Below are positions 63,140-64,000 of a stretch of 64,000 nucleotides of DNA, piece after piece (position 1 is the stretch's first letter; each line of letters opens with the position of its first letter). The notes beneath the pieces are model-generated. The model was not told the origin of the DNA. It did no database searches and saw nothing but the letters and a program-made list of their open reading frames with translations. The position numbers and the translations under genes were made by a program. Source of the DNA: Tubiluchus corallicola (Eukaryota; Animalia; Priapulida); the NCBI GenBank assembly GCA_030141605.1, contig JAQGDQ010000012.1, positions 620,001 to 684,000 of the forward strand. Reading direction: 5' to 3'.

Positions 63140-63540
63140 ATTTTGCATATTTAATGAGCTAATTTGCGCAAATTATCTCATTAAGCTCATTATCTCAATT
63201 ATTTCATTATCTCATTTGAGCAAATTAGTGCATAAACGTCATAAAATGTTTTCATTATTTATGCACTAATTTTCAATATCGCTCAAAATGTATATAAATT
63301 TGTGGTTATTTATATAACTTCAATAGATTTCGTTACCATGGCTCCATATTTGCCACACATTACGTGTATTTTGTGTAATCGTATCTGTAAACATTTGTAT
63401 ATATTACGAAAATACAAGCAATAGGTATTTTGTTATCATGGCCCTATATTTACCACATTATCAGTACGCGTACTTTGTGGAATGATATCCACAGAAATTT
63501 GCGTATATTACGAAAATACAAGCAAATACGATTTCTAGTA
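63140..63540. repeat. Palindrome-rich and direct-repeat segment, likely a non-autonomous transposon
   Basis: ttaatgagctaatttgcgcaaattatctcattaa palindrome; aaattagtgcataaa...tttatgcactaattt hairpin; tatattacgaaaatacaagcaa occurs twice. Confidence 0.6.
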
Positions 63541-64000
63541 AGATGTTCTGTGAATGTCCGTAAAATTAATCTAAGTTAAAGTGTCTCTAGATGTGCACTG
63601 TGTGTTTTCCCCTGAAACTGAAATAGGGACCATTTGGTATCTTCCGTAAATAATGAACTAATTATTGCATATTGTATTGAGTGTCGGATACAACCTATGG
63701 ATGTTGCGTTTTGCTTTGGGCACATTTCATTGTAATAGTCATGGATCTGATAGCTCTTACTATTGTTGCAAAAGCGTCAGCATTTATTGCAAAGTTAATT
63801 TCGTTGAGTTTGTTCTGATAAATTTGCAGTAATTAAGATAACAATTACGATTTTAATTCAATTTAAGCTAAAATGTTTTCAAAAATATTGAGGGACCAGT
63901 TGCATATACAAAACATTGGTCTGTAACCCTTTTGCATATACTGAATGAATTTATTTGCAAAACTGTTTGCCCATATACTGAACGAATTTAAATACAAACC

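Overview
AT-rich, intron-containing animal DNA (invertebrate, probably protostome; species not determinable from sequence alone). Genes reconstructed by hand from GT-AG sites and reading frame: first coding exon of a Fat-like cadherin (-), EXOSC8/RRP43 (10 exons, +), an ankyrin-repeat/SOCS-box gene (-), a small 3-exon FAM104/VCF-like p97 cofactor gene (-), mitochondrial acyl carrier protein NDUFAB1 (-), two tandem single-exon F-box paralogues (+), and a two-exon PPR-like putative mitochondrial protein (+). Repeats include RTE, CR1 and L2-like LINE copies (one young RTE with TSD), MITEs, microsatellites and several young tandem duplications, one of which triplicates the EXOSC8 C-terminus. The most intriguing signal is a disrupted multi-exon + strand gene at ~31400-34653. 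Its pieces read like a type-II-membrane-anchored long-chain four-helix cytokine (Unpaired/IL-6-like). This is inference and needs a profile/structure search.
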